NCBI GenBank assembly: GCA_965153285.1
Contig: OZ229113.1
DNA: 64,000 nt
Strand: one strand, 5' to 3'
Source of the DNA: Podarcis tiliguerta
Lineage: Eukaryota
Position numbers and translations under genes: made by a program. Positions 30,000-42,300 of the stretch are shown here, in pieces. The notes under the pieces were generated by a model. It was given only the letters and a program-made list of their open reading frames with translations. It searched no databases and was not told the DNA's origin. Positions within the stretch are counted from its first letter, which is position 1; each line of letters opens with the position of its first letter.

Positions 30000-32900
30000 T
30001 AATGACACCCAGAGTTTAATACCCTGCCTGGAAAAGGTTTGCTAGTGCAACTTAAATCCAACTGGGAAGCAAATTTAATCATTACATTTGTGTTTCTAAA
30101 GCTAATTCTTTAAAATTCATGCTCCTTTTAAAAAGACATAACATGGCTTAAGAATCATGAGGTTTAAAATTCCATTTTGGATTCTTTTTATTTCTCTTTT
30201 GCTTTTTGAATCTTCAGTGGACACTGCAGCCATACTTTTGTTTCCACAACCACTAAAATCTATTAGTTCTTAAATGAAAACCGAGGCTCCCATTACTTTC
30301 AGCATTCAAAAGCTCCCCCAAAGTGACAATATGTAATGAAGACCCAGCAAGTTGGTAGCCATGCATACCTCCTTAACTTGAGTGATTTAGCAGTGCTAAC
30401 ACAAAAACAGAACGTTAAAGTTTGCTCACTGAAGTCAGCGGCAAAAATTCATTTGCACAAAGAACTGCTTCTGGTAAAGCAAAGGAAGCTATTTACACAA
30501 ACACATTCTGATACAAACACACTAAAAACTTTTCCTACGGGTGATCAGTTTCTATATATTTAATATCAAATGATTAGGAAAAATGTAGGATTACTGTTGG
30601 ATGGATTGCTTTTATGGAAGACAGGGATTTCCCATTAGCTGTTACAAACAAAAATTAGGATTCAATAATTAGCAGAAGAGTAAAATTAAACCTTTTAGGC
30701 ACTTTGAGGACTTGTTTTAATGTGTGCCATTCATATTGAGGTATTACATTACAGCTTTAAAGTGACTGCTGCCAAAACTCTGACAGAAGCATGCATTAAT
30801 TATTATTCAGAACATTTTCACTTAAAATGAATAAATGAGACGTTTTGCCAAGAAGGAAGAAAATGATTTTTCAGGTTTCTGCTACACATTAATTTTAAAG
30901 AGGCAATAGTCTCAGGAGTCTCTCTTCCAGGGGGAAAAGATAACCCGCAATACCTCCTAAGTAGTTGTCTGAAAACTATCTCCAGGAGGGTTTTGTCATA
31001 GCCTTGTGAAAGTAAGTTTAAAAAAGAAAGAAAAAGAAAAAGTATTTTCACAATCACTTGACACTAATCATTTTTCCAAGGCCAAAGTAACAAGTTCCAT
31101 GTTCCTGTATAGAAAGTTAGTCTTTGAAAAAACATTTTTAACAATAATTACTGGTCTAAGGAAATATGAACTGTTGCAGCTCTAATACAAAACAGGCTAA
31201 TATTTTGATTTAAGTCAACACTAAACATACCCACGTACGTGGGGAATGTTTCACTCAAACGTTGTCAACCAATCCAATTAACTGCTGTTAGAAACATAAC
31301 AATTAACATGAATACTAGAGAAAATCTGGAAGGGTAAAGTGATTGCTGCTACATAGAATATTTAAAAATTGTTTAAGACTATCTCATTACACTAAATGCA
31401 AAAGAACGCACTTGTGAGTTTCTCACTTTGTTCAACTATAAATCCTCAGTTTGATAAGCAGCATTTTTGTATTAACTCAATTGTATAAAATACCTTCAAG
31501 CTTGTGCTCATTAAATATATATGTATATATAAAACATACAAAAAGTACAAGATAGTCACATTAAGAAACTATTACAGTTTTCCTTTTTTATTCTTGTCAA
31601 GGGTCAAATTTCTGTTCACCAATTCTCAATGCGACTTTAGTTCCAGAATTCGGTATAGTGCACAGAATTCAACTACCTGTGCAGTCTGTTTAAAAAAAAA
31701 ACCACACACACACCACAGGACAAAAATGGTCTTCTTAAATCAAATTCTATTTGTGAATTCAGCAAAATAATTTCTATAAAATAAAACAGCAAATATTTAA
31801 ATAGTATAGGGTGGGCTGTATCTGTTTTGCAGGGGTATTTGGTTTTTCGACAGATTCCAAAATAATTACACACATTCAAGTTACCAATTTTAATTTAAAT
31901 ACAGTATTTACTGATGTCTTCCTTGAAGTCCTTAAACAAATGTTTACTCTGGAATAGAGATACCTCAGTTTTGTATTTGACTAACCAGTAGTTTGTTTGT
32001 TTTTTTAATAATCAAACTCTGCTTCTAAGGTTTCGATTTCTCTTATCATGGACAAAGAGCTAAGATTCAATTCTTGTTTTCAAGTAGAATTGTGAACGAG
32101 CAGAAAACCAGCAAGTTAACTTGGTGCAGTGGCACTCACAAGTATTGTGTGATTTTGTTGACTTCCACTTCACTGCAATGCAGTAGAAAGGAAAGTGTTA
32201 GAAGTTTATCAAATAAGCTCTACCAAAGAAACAAAACAAGCACACCAAATACAGTCTATTATGCTCCAGGCATCCTGGCATAGCAAAAATTTGCATATTT
32301 GTTTTAAATCTTTTAATTTCCTATTACTGAAAACTAAGTGTTTTTTTATCCCACCCAGAGACAAAACTGTCAAACATCAGATGTGAGGAACATATGTGCA
32401 ACTGAAAACCACCTGTTTGTCACATTGCCCAACCCTCCCCTCCCTGTTTTATACTCTAGGTGGCAGAAGAATAGGCTCTGAACAACACAGTTGTCACTCT
32501 GGGACAACTGTAATTTTTCTTTCCTCACTGGCTACACTAACCTGGTGTGAAGCCATGCTAAATGTTACAGCTTAAATATAGCTTCAAAGTGATTAACCTA
32601 ATACCAGAATGAAAAAGGCAATGAAAAAAGACCTAGAAACAATGTTACATCACCAATTTTCCACATCAACCAAATAATTAAAAGGTTACCAGTCATTACG
32701 TTGCTCATAGTAAAATTGACTCCAGTGGCAAAGAATTAACATGAAACTATTTTTCTGGTTGACATGGAGAGGCTTACTTTTTGGGGGAAAGAAGTTGATC
32801 CAACTGCCATTAGGCAGGCAACACTGGTTGTAGAGCGCAGCGGATATATCAAGAAATTAATTGTTGTAGATCTGTGAGTCTCATCAAGACAAAAAAATGT

Positions 32901-33180
32901 TTCTTGCTTAAGAATNNNNNNNNNNNNNNNNNNNNNNNNNNNNNNNNNNNNNNNNNNNNNNNNNNNNNNNNNNNNNNNNNNNNNNNNNNNNNNNNNNNNN
33001 NNNNNNNNNNNNNNNNNNNNNNNNNNNNNNNNNNNNNNNNNNNNNNNNNNNNNNNNNNNNNNNNNNNNNNNNNNNNNNNNNNNNNNNNNNNNNNNNNNNN
33101 NNNCCAGACACAGAGAAAAGTTGGACTGTAAGGCCTGGGTGCACAGTCTTGATGGGGCAAGTTAATTATGTGCATTTCCA
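30000..33180 (-). other. USP9X: USP9X 3'UTR (distal end uncertain)
   Basis: Repeat-poor AT-rich sequence after the stop. Candidate AATAAA on the - strand at 31587-31592 and 30187-30192; ATTAAA at 30716-30721. Confidence 0.6.
32916..33103. other. Assembly gap (188 N)
   Basis: Run of N. Confidence 1.
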
Positions 33181-33315
33181 CTATTCTTTCGTCTGAGGCG
33201 GTGAAACCTCTTCACTGCCTTCATAATTTTCTTGTGCTCGTTGGCCAGTTCGCTGAGGGTTGTTCATATGATGTGCTGCTGGGCCTGTATATGGTTGTCC
33301 ATGCACATGGTTATT
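33181..33315 (-). CDS. USP9X: USP9X last coding exon NNHVHGQP...PPQTKE*
   Basis: ttccag|AATAAC..., TAG stop at 33183-33181. Confidence 0.96.
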
Positions 33316-36300
33316 CTGGAAGAGACAAAACACATGATAAGAACAACTTCTATATTTCCCCAAAAAGTAGCTCAGGGAACTGGGCAAGCAATAATTTATA
33401 TTTTTAAATCACAACTAGAGAGCTACTTACACTTACCGCCAACTAAAAATAGAACAGATAAATTTGCACTGAAATTGAAAGGTCAAGGTTACAGTTAATT
33501 AATTCCAACTTCATGCAAAAGCTGAAGCTTTATGTGAAGGTCCTCATAACAAATCTTCAGAAATGGAATGGTGGGGAGGAAAGTTTTAATTAGTACACAG
33601 AAGCAGGAAGTGGTAATTGTGAATGGCCTTTCTTCCAAAGGGACAGTATATTTCTTGTGTCAAACTTAATAAAATGACTTGAGGTGATCATCGTCAAATA
33701 TGTTTGTTTTAACTGTTAACACACCTAAACTGGCAGATGTAAAACATTCGTGTACCTTTGTGTAATGTGAAGTTGGGTCAACTATGAACCTAAAATTGGA
33801 CTTAAAATATAGCCATTGTGCATGTTAGGAGGTGAAAAAAGCCAGCTCTTGTGAGAAAGTGAAGACACCACACACTAACAAATAAGGGAGCTGGTGGTTA
33901 AACGTGTTTCAACTTTGAGGAGATTGGGTCTATATCACTTACCAACTGCTCTGCTGAACACATCGATAAAGAAAGCAAGATGAAGGAAAATGAGCAGGAA
34001 AGGAAATTAACAGATTAAGGATATAGAATTAATTATTTAGGAAAGGAAAGGGAACAAATACTGGTTATGTATGACTTACAAAGGTAATGCAAGATAATTA
34101 CAATTTTAGCTTTCTGGAGTTAGCACTACATTTACAAAGGCACTTAACTTTTAAGAGATATACATACATGCAACTTAAGGTCACATGGTGTTATACACGA
34201 ACTATAGCAGGGCTGAATCAGACTTCAATGCTGGTTCAGAAACTTCTATTAGCAGATCACTGTGTGCAAAACTTAAGTGAAATTTTAGGCATTTTACAAT
34301 GTATAGGTTGTTTTCTAAAGTGGTCTTCAAAGCATCAATGGACATGTCATATTGGGGGAATTTAGTTTTTCTCTGGATGCACCTGTGATCTGATTCAAAT
34401 TGGCTTGCTGGCTCACAGAGAAAAAAGTTAGATAATTGTTCCCATATAATGGTTGTGTGTGAGGGCATTCACAAGATACTTAAAAAACAAAAAAAGCAAA
34501 AAAAAACCCTGTCTGCTAATTACACTTTGCTGGAAGAGCCCCTCTACCTGAATCACATTCTATGATGTTCTTGTGAAAGTTATCCTTGTTCTAAAAGGAA
34601 TAAAACTGGCAATAGGTTTTTTAGAAGCTGAAGCAAAAAGTTCAAAGGATACCAAAATGAATTGACATGTTTTAAAGATAATTCTCTGCTTACCTGTTGA
34701 TACTGGGAACCAGGCGAATGGGGATACAATGGAGCATCTTCTGGTGGAGAGGACTCATGCTCATCAGGGGCATCTGGGTCATCTGGTTCCTAAAAATGAA
34801 AATTGCCCATTAAAACAAAAAATAAACTACTTTTCACATTTAAATTCCTTGCCCTTATTTTCTTCTGGCAATTGATTGGACCCAGAGAAATTCCTGCAGA
34901 ATGTGTGGGTGGAAGCTGACTACCCTGCCGCTTCCATCACATCACTGCCCACTATCCCAGCCTCTTTTGAGTGTTAGGGCAACCCTGATATATGGTTGGC
35001 TATGACATGGAGCCTAAGGGAGGAACTCCAAAATAAAAACCTGGACAGATTCTCCCACCCCAAATGAATCAGGATACCCAGACACTTGGAAGAAGCTCCT
35101 TTTGAGAAGGATCAAGAAAGAAATTCAGCTTCTGCCAAGCCCTTCTGCAGGCACCTCTCTAAATCCTATACTATGTAACAGCTATCAGAAGCAGATGCTG
35201 CTATATTAAGAATTACAGGTTTGGAGGCTGTGGCCAGAGGAGTGCTCAATCTCCCTTGCCTTTCACAGTAATAACTGGGGGCACTTGGTACAGTAGAGGA
35301 CTTAACTCCTGCCTACTTATGAGTTCCGAAGTCTCACTAAGCTAGAAATAACTCATAAATCTTATAGTGGCAGCTAGCACTTCAACTATGTAACTAACAT
35401 ATATTTCCATCAGGAATTTTATGAAACAAGTTGTTTGTCTTCCAAAGAATGCCAAAGCAACATTAGTTGTAAATTCACTCCTTACCTCCTCTGGGCATAG
35501 CTCACAAGCTTTTGCAAGGGTCATTCTTGCACTGTGTGATCTCTCTAGGAAGTAGCCATTTGATGTTTCATTACTCTGGACCGGAGGAGACCAATTGTTA
35601 TAGGTATACTGTGGGTTGCCAGTGTATGGCCTACGTTCAAGCTCATCTCCAAGCCACTCTACTGCCCAGGTCCACTTTCTCTTCAAATCTCCATTACTCT
35701 GAAAAGATGAAAAAAAAAAGCCATTCAATATTTTAAAATTACTTCTAAACACACCTCAGTCCAATGCAGCTTTTTAAACAGGGTGTATAGTTTCCCATTC
35801 ATTAGTCTTTGTTTTTGTAAAACAAAAAACCAAAGCAAACAAAAAATACTCCAGTAAAGTCCCTACAGTTCTATTTTGTCATAAATGCTTTAGTTGAGAT
35901 ACCTCCATTGCAGGGTGTTCGACTCGATAATCCCTTCCAATCCTACAATTCTGTTCTAATTTTATTTCTATGAGGGAATAGACATTTGCTCTTGGTGTGT
36001 TTTCCCCAATTTATTTGGATAAAATATACAGTGGTACATCAGGTTACATACGCTTCAGGTTACATACGCTTCAGGTTACAGACTCCGCTAACCCAGAAAT
36101 AGTGCTTCAGGTCAAGAACTTTGCTTCAGGATGAGAACAGAAATCGGGCTCCGGCGGCGCGGCAGCAGCAGGAGGCCCCATTAGCTAAAGTGGTGCTTCA
36201 GGTTAAGAACAGTTTCAGGTTAAGTACAGACCTCCGGAACAAATTAAGTACGTAACAGAGGTACCACTGTACAAGACCATGGCTTTATCTTAGTGACTCT

Positions 36301-39300
36301 GCAGAAAGAGTTCTATTATAACTAAACTTGGCTCAGTCCTGTCCCTCTCTTCATAGCATTAGAAAAATAGAGAAAGTAATTTTTTCTTGAGATAAAAGTA
36401 ATTACCTGTAAAATCTGGTAGGCTACTGGACAGTTGCTGAAAAGAGCTACCATACACTTTATACACTGGTAAGCCCTTTTCTGATAATGATTCTTAGAGC
36501 GTTGAATGGTATCAAATAGCCCATCCCGGTCATCTGGAATTCCTTTAAGTGCATTGTGAATCCTAAGAGAATCCCAAACACACCAAAAAGTCAGAATTTC
36601 ACACATATAAACATGCATGTAAATGTCAGCATCATAAAGGGCTAGCATTAAAATGTTGCACAAGCTCAGACCCAGCAGATCCAGATAATCAGTGTCTGTA
36701 CTTGCAAAACTGTGGGTGTAAGACACAATCTTAGGAGATGCATGCTCCCTCTACTCATAACAAGATGGAATGTCTCTCTTCTAGGATCTTGCCGTATCGT
36801 TACAGAGTACCAGTAGTTGTGAAGCACTGTCAGTGATATTTTTTTATTTACTTCTTCACACCCTCTTCTAAAAGGCTGACATCTAAATATGCAGAATGTG
36901 TTCATTTTCTCACTTGGTAATCACCATTATGGCCTGTACCAGATTTTTTGTAGGGCCCATGCAAAGTGACCTCAGGTCTCCATTTCTGCCTAAGCTTTCC
37001 TGAACCCAGCTGCTGTTTCTCTACCATAAACTCCCTCCACTCCCCTGAAGAAATAAAATTAAAAATCCTTTTGAGCTATAGCCTGAATGATTTTTATAGC
37101 AGATTGATTCACGCAAAATAGAACAGTCAACCAATTTAATTAAGGCTCAGTGTTTATATAGCAGTTTTCCCAAGTACTCAAAATAGTTTCCCCTCATCTC
37201 AGTAGTCCTTCTTGTCTTCTCCCTGGTAAAGTATGCCACCATGATCAATGTCCACCCCAGTGGCGTAGCGTGGGGGGTGCAGGGGGGGCTGGCCGCACCG
37301 GGCGCAACATCAGGGGGTTAGGGTTAGGGGGCGCAAATCCACGGGTTAGGGGGCGCAAATTACTTGCCTTGCCCCGGGTGCTGACAACCCACGCTACGCC
37401 ACTGGTCCACCCAGAAACCTATGTCCCCACTGTGGAAGGATGTGTGGATCCAGAATTGGCTCCCCCAGTCACTTATGGACTCACTGTTAAGACTGTGTTC
37501 ATGGAAGACAATCTTACTCGGCTACGAGTGATCGCCAAAGAAGGTACACCAGTATTATCACCCCCCATGTAACAGATGGGAAGAGAAGAGAATAATGCTT
37601 TATCCAGAACCACCTAGTGCATTCTCAGAGAAGATAGCTGAACCAAGGAATTAACAGCTTAACAGTTTTAACAACTAAACTTATCTGTATCATTTAATTT
37701 AAAGTAACAATTGCACAAAAACCTTGCTAGCTAATTTATCATATATATCATATATATCAATATCTCTCCCTCTCTCTCTCTCCATATATATAGTGTGCAT
37801 GACCATTTGGCAGTCCCCATATGCTCTGGTAACAGTCACTTTGGATATGGCTTAAGGTACTTTATTCCAGTAGGCAACTAAAATCTGCTCTGTCTCCATG
37901 AAACAATTACAAAGACTTTCACACAGAAGCACCACGTTATTAATGCAAAAAATGCAGAACCCAAAAACCCAAGAAACCCAAGTGCTAACCTGTGAGTCTG
38001 CCAAGAGTCCTCAATTAGCAAGATTTGCAGAAGGAGATCCAAGTACGGTCGAAGTTCATATGTGTATGAATATGCAACCTTTAAAAAGTGGAATTTGAGG
38101 AAAACATTAACATGCAATTAATGATTATTTAAGTGTGTAGTACAGGAGAATTCATGCTATGAATAACTGAATGGGTACAGTATTATGTTATGAATGAGCT
38201 TTCGTTTCAATGCCGCAAGCCAAGGAAATATTTGTTAAATTAGGCTTTATCATTGAAAGAGCATTCATTTTCTCTGATGGCCACTTTTTTTTTAAAGTAA
38301 CCACTACTTGTTGCAACTCTAAAGACTAACAGGATGAAAATCAAGGGACAATAACCTCTGCACATCAACCTCTTGAATAAAACACACCTTTCCTGACATT
38401 TCAATCATTTTTTACCTGCCAAAGTAGTTCACTAAGGACTGTAGATGAAAACTGAGGATTCTCCCAACAGCAGAAGCGAAGTAGTTTGATGGTCTCTTCT
38501 GAGTTACTGCAGTCTTCAATTATTTTTTTCACATAACTAGTTCGCACAAACAAGATGTCTGCCACATTCTGCTGAAGTGCCATTATAGGCTGTGATAAAT
38601 TAGTATCACCATAAGGGTTGCTAAGTGGAGGATTACCTAAAAAGAAATGTTGTTATATTATTTTTTATTTGAACTACAGAAACCAACAAGGTACTATTTA
38701 ATGTAATCTTTTTAATTACTTCACAGAACATGTGAAGTACATTACATACATATGTGAAATGTCTCTTGTTCGATTATGAAAATCGCTATTCTATAAATAT
38801 TCACCTAGGCAGAGTCTGACAGATACAGATTAAACTTCTGATATAACAGTTATGATCACTGTAAAGCATTACGGCTGGTTTTGTAAAACATGGGGTTTGG
38901 TAGTATTCCTTAGTGAAAAATCAAAGCATATATAATTAAACAAGGTTTTTCTAAGACTTCCCTTGGAATAGGCTTAACTTACACTACCAAAATATGGAAC
39001 AGTTGTGTCACATCTAGACACATTTAAGAGAACCAACCTTTGCACATACAGTTCTGGTAATACAGAAAACCCTCAACTTACATGGAAGGTTACATTCCAA
39101 TGATCACACCTAAACTAAAAATCAAGTATAGTCAAAACACATTGGGTTACAATGGCAGGTGGGATTGCCAAAGTCTTTTCTCCTGGATGCCAGTCTCCTT
39201 TCTAATTTCTTTTCTTTAAATAATGCCAAGCATGGAAAGCTGAACGAGCACAACTTAAACGTGTGTAAGTTGTGAGCTTGCTGTATTTTAATGATTTGAA

Positions 39301-42300
39301 ACTTACCCAAATCTTTAAGTAAACACAGGCCAGCGTAACAGACAAAAGATTAGTGAGATGCTATGATGAATAATAGACTGCCACACACATTTAATCACAA
39401 ATATATTCTGTTTAAATGCTCCAGAATTAACAGTACCATTGATAGAAGACTGCATACGTGATGACACATTGCAACAGCGGATTAACTGGGACACCACAGT
39501 ATAGAGTTTGCCTAGTTCAGCATACTGGTATTTGATTGGAGGACCTGGGCCTTCATCCAGTGCCACAAGCATAAATGTGGCAGGTACATTTAGTTTTAAA
39601 AGCTGTGTTTTTTCTGCTACACCTAAAGGGAAGTTGGAAAAAGAGGAAGAATAATGAAAACATACTTAGCTACATTTAAGCTACTGAACTGAATCATATA
39701 AACAAAAAAATATTCAGATAACTGTTCACATTGGGAAATCCATAAATGGGCATTTACTGTGAATACAATACTCCATGCCTTCAACAATCCAGCCAGAATC
39801 ACTCAAAACCTTTCTGATTCAACAAGATTAAGAACGCATCAATTGTCTGCTGAGGAATAGCTCTGGGGAAAAACCAACCAACACTCTTTTCCCTTGCAGC
39901 TGTGGGATCACGGAAAAATTGGTAGTGGTGGATATCTGTCTTCCAGAGAAGACTGTCCTGCATTAAGGAATCCCCAGAGCACAGGATGAAAACCACTGAT
40001 TTAAGCTATTAATAACAATTTGTGCCGCATCATTAAGCATTCAATGGGCAAGAGTCAAGACTATTAAGTAAGTGCACTGACAGAACAACATGGACAAAGC
40101 CTTTAGGGTGAAACATCACATTACCTAAGTTGGCATACATCACAAACAAGTTGAAATATTGCTGCAAATGGCGCCCGTGCTCAGACACTTCCCTTCGAAG
40201 AAGATTCAGTACTGCTCTCAGCAAATGGTCACTCAAACTTAAATTGTCATAGGCCTATAAAACAACACAAAGGATGATGACATTATTATTATTATTATTA
40301 TTATTATTAATAAACATGTAAAGCTGCTTCACTGCAGCCTGTTAAAAGACCAGCTGAACATAAATTCTCAAACCCAGAATGAAATGCAACTTTTATTGTT
40401 TAATTATCAGAACTAATGATATCAAATTCAATTCCTGAACTATTCACTGTATCAAATTTCTTTGGTTAAAATGTTTTATCCTATACTGAATAATAGAGGA
40501 ATGTATCACACATTACTTAGCAGATTAAGCTGGGAGAGGCAGGGGTGCTAAATATGAGACCAATTCAAACATTAACCTTCAGGAAGGTAGTCAAGAACAC
40601 AGCAGAAAGACCAAATAAATAAATAATTCTGAAACCAGGGATGGGAAATGGTTTTGAGCCCAAGGGTTGCAACTCCCTCACCACCAAACTTCCAAGAGTC
40701 TGGCTTCTCTCACCCCGTCCCTTGCTGTAAGGTACAGCTGGCTTCTCTTACAGTTCCCAATGAAACGGCGGCTTCTCAAGTGCTTGGGTGTCTAAAGATA
40801 GCTGAGCACTGGCGATTATCACCGAATACTCCTCGGTTAACTTGGGAATTGCAATAAAAGCCACACGTAGTGCCTCAAAGCAAGGAGCAATTAAATTTTG
40901 CAAAAATAGTGGAAGAAGCCAGGAGGCGAAGCAGTGAGCAATGGTGTTTCCTTGCCCCAGCAGCAACACTTCTGTGGCCACAAAACGTGTTGGGGGTTTG
41001 CAGGTCACATAAAAAGCCTTTGTGGGCCAACAGTTCCCCACCCTGTGCTAAATGGAGATGAATTAAGCCACCCTTATACAAAAATTCTATTATATCAATT
41101 TATATTTAGACTATATAGAATTTAACAGCTCTCTACTATTGTATTCTTACTGTAGAAAAAGCATACCTGACTAGAAGGTCCAGGTGAAGCAAAAGGTGAA
41201 GGACATGGTCCATCTTGCAATGAAAAATGTGCAATAAATACTATAAGTTTTGCAAATGCTCCCCTCACTTCAGCACTCGGGCATTCCAAAAGGTATTCGG
41301 AGAAGCGATTTGAAACATTGAAAAGGACATTGTGCGCAAACCAAAAACGTACATTCTTGCTATGACGAAGGAGAATGCACAAAGCATCATACCTGGGGAA
41401 AAAATAAATTAACGGCATCACATACCCAGAAAACAGACTTGTGTATATAAAGGTGGACACTTCAAATCCAGCACTGCATTGTTAGTAGTAGGAGCTTTGT
41501 TAACCAGGATTAATATGAACCAGGATTCCTTATTAACCCAAGTTTTAACAAAATTAAAAACTACTAGAAACAGTGGTTTTGAGGCTCAGTTTCAATGCAC
41601 TGTTATTTCACATTTTGAATGATTAAATTGTACCATATAATCAGTACAATAAAACTTATGACAGTCAAATTCTTCTTAAAGGCAACTATACCAGTCACTG
41701 GCAGGACCACGGACAATTTTCTTTGTGTGAAATCCTGTGGTAAAGAGAAACCTAGCAGCAAGCTGGACACCAATCATGGTTATTTCTTCTGCTTCAGGCA
41801 GTAGATGATCCTGTCCTAAAGAAAAACAGAACACAAATAGTTAAGACATTTATTTGAAAGTGATACAACAGATTATTCTGAGTTGTTTGTCAACCTGAGT
41901 CTCAATATAAATCTTAAATTATTAGAAAATTACTATATTTTATGTAAACCTCTGAGAGATTTCTTTTTATATTAAGTGGTATATAAATTTTATTTAAAAA
42001 AAACCCAGGAAAGATATTTAAGAGAACTCAGTACTCAAACTTAAGTTGTCAGCCAGCATTGCTACACATTTTTTCTTGTGATCTATAAACCAGTTGGACT
42101 TATAGACCACAGCACTTCAGTTAGAAACCAGTATCTTTTTTGTTGCATTTATCGGCCAAATACGTTTTTTAATCAAATGTAAATAATGCTTAATACCAAG
42201 GAAACAGCAACCTTGTCTTTTCTATCGCTCTTACATATTAGAAAATGCCTGAGGAACAATAGTCTCTTATCCAAATTTGTAATGTTTAAAATGATGCACA

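Noticed and set aside
32849-33181. ORFs spanning the N run
   Set aside because: Artefacts of the assembly gap.
35438-35485. Equivalent of the human 48-nt USP9X exon extension (VKKATSVQQIEMEESK, from memory)
   Set aside because: Read-through gives an unrelated [16 protein letters not shown] and there is no GT at +48.
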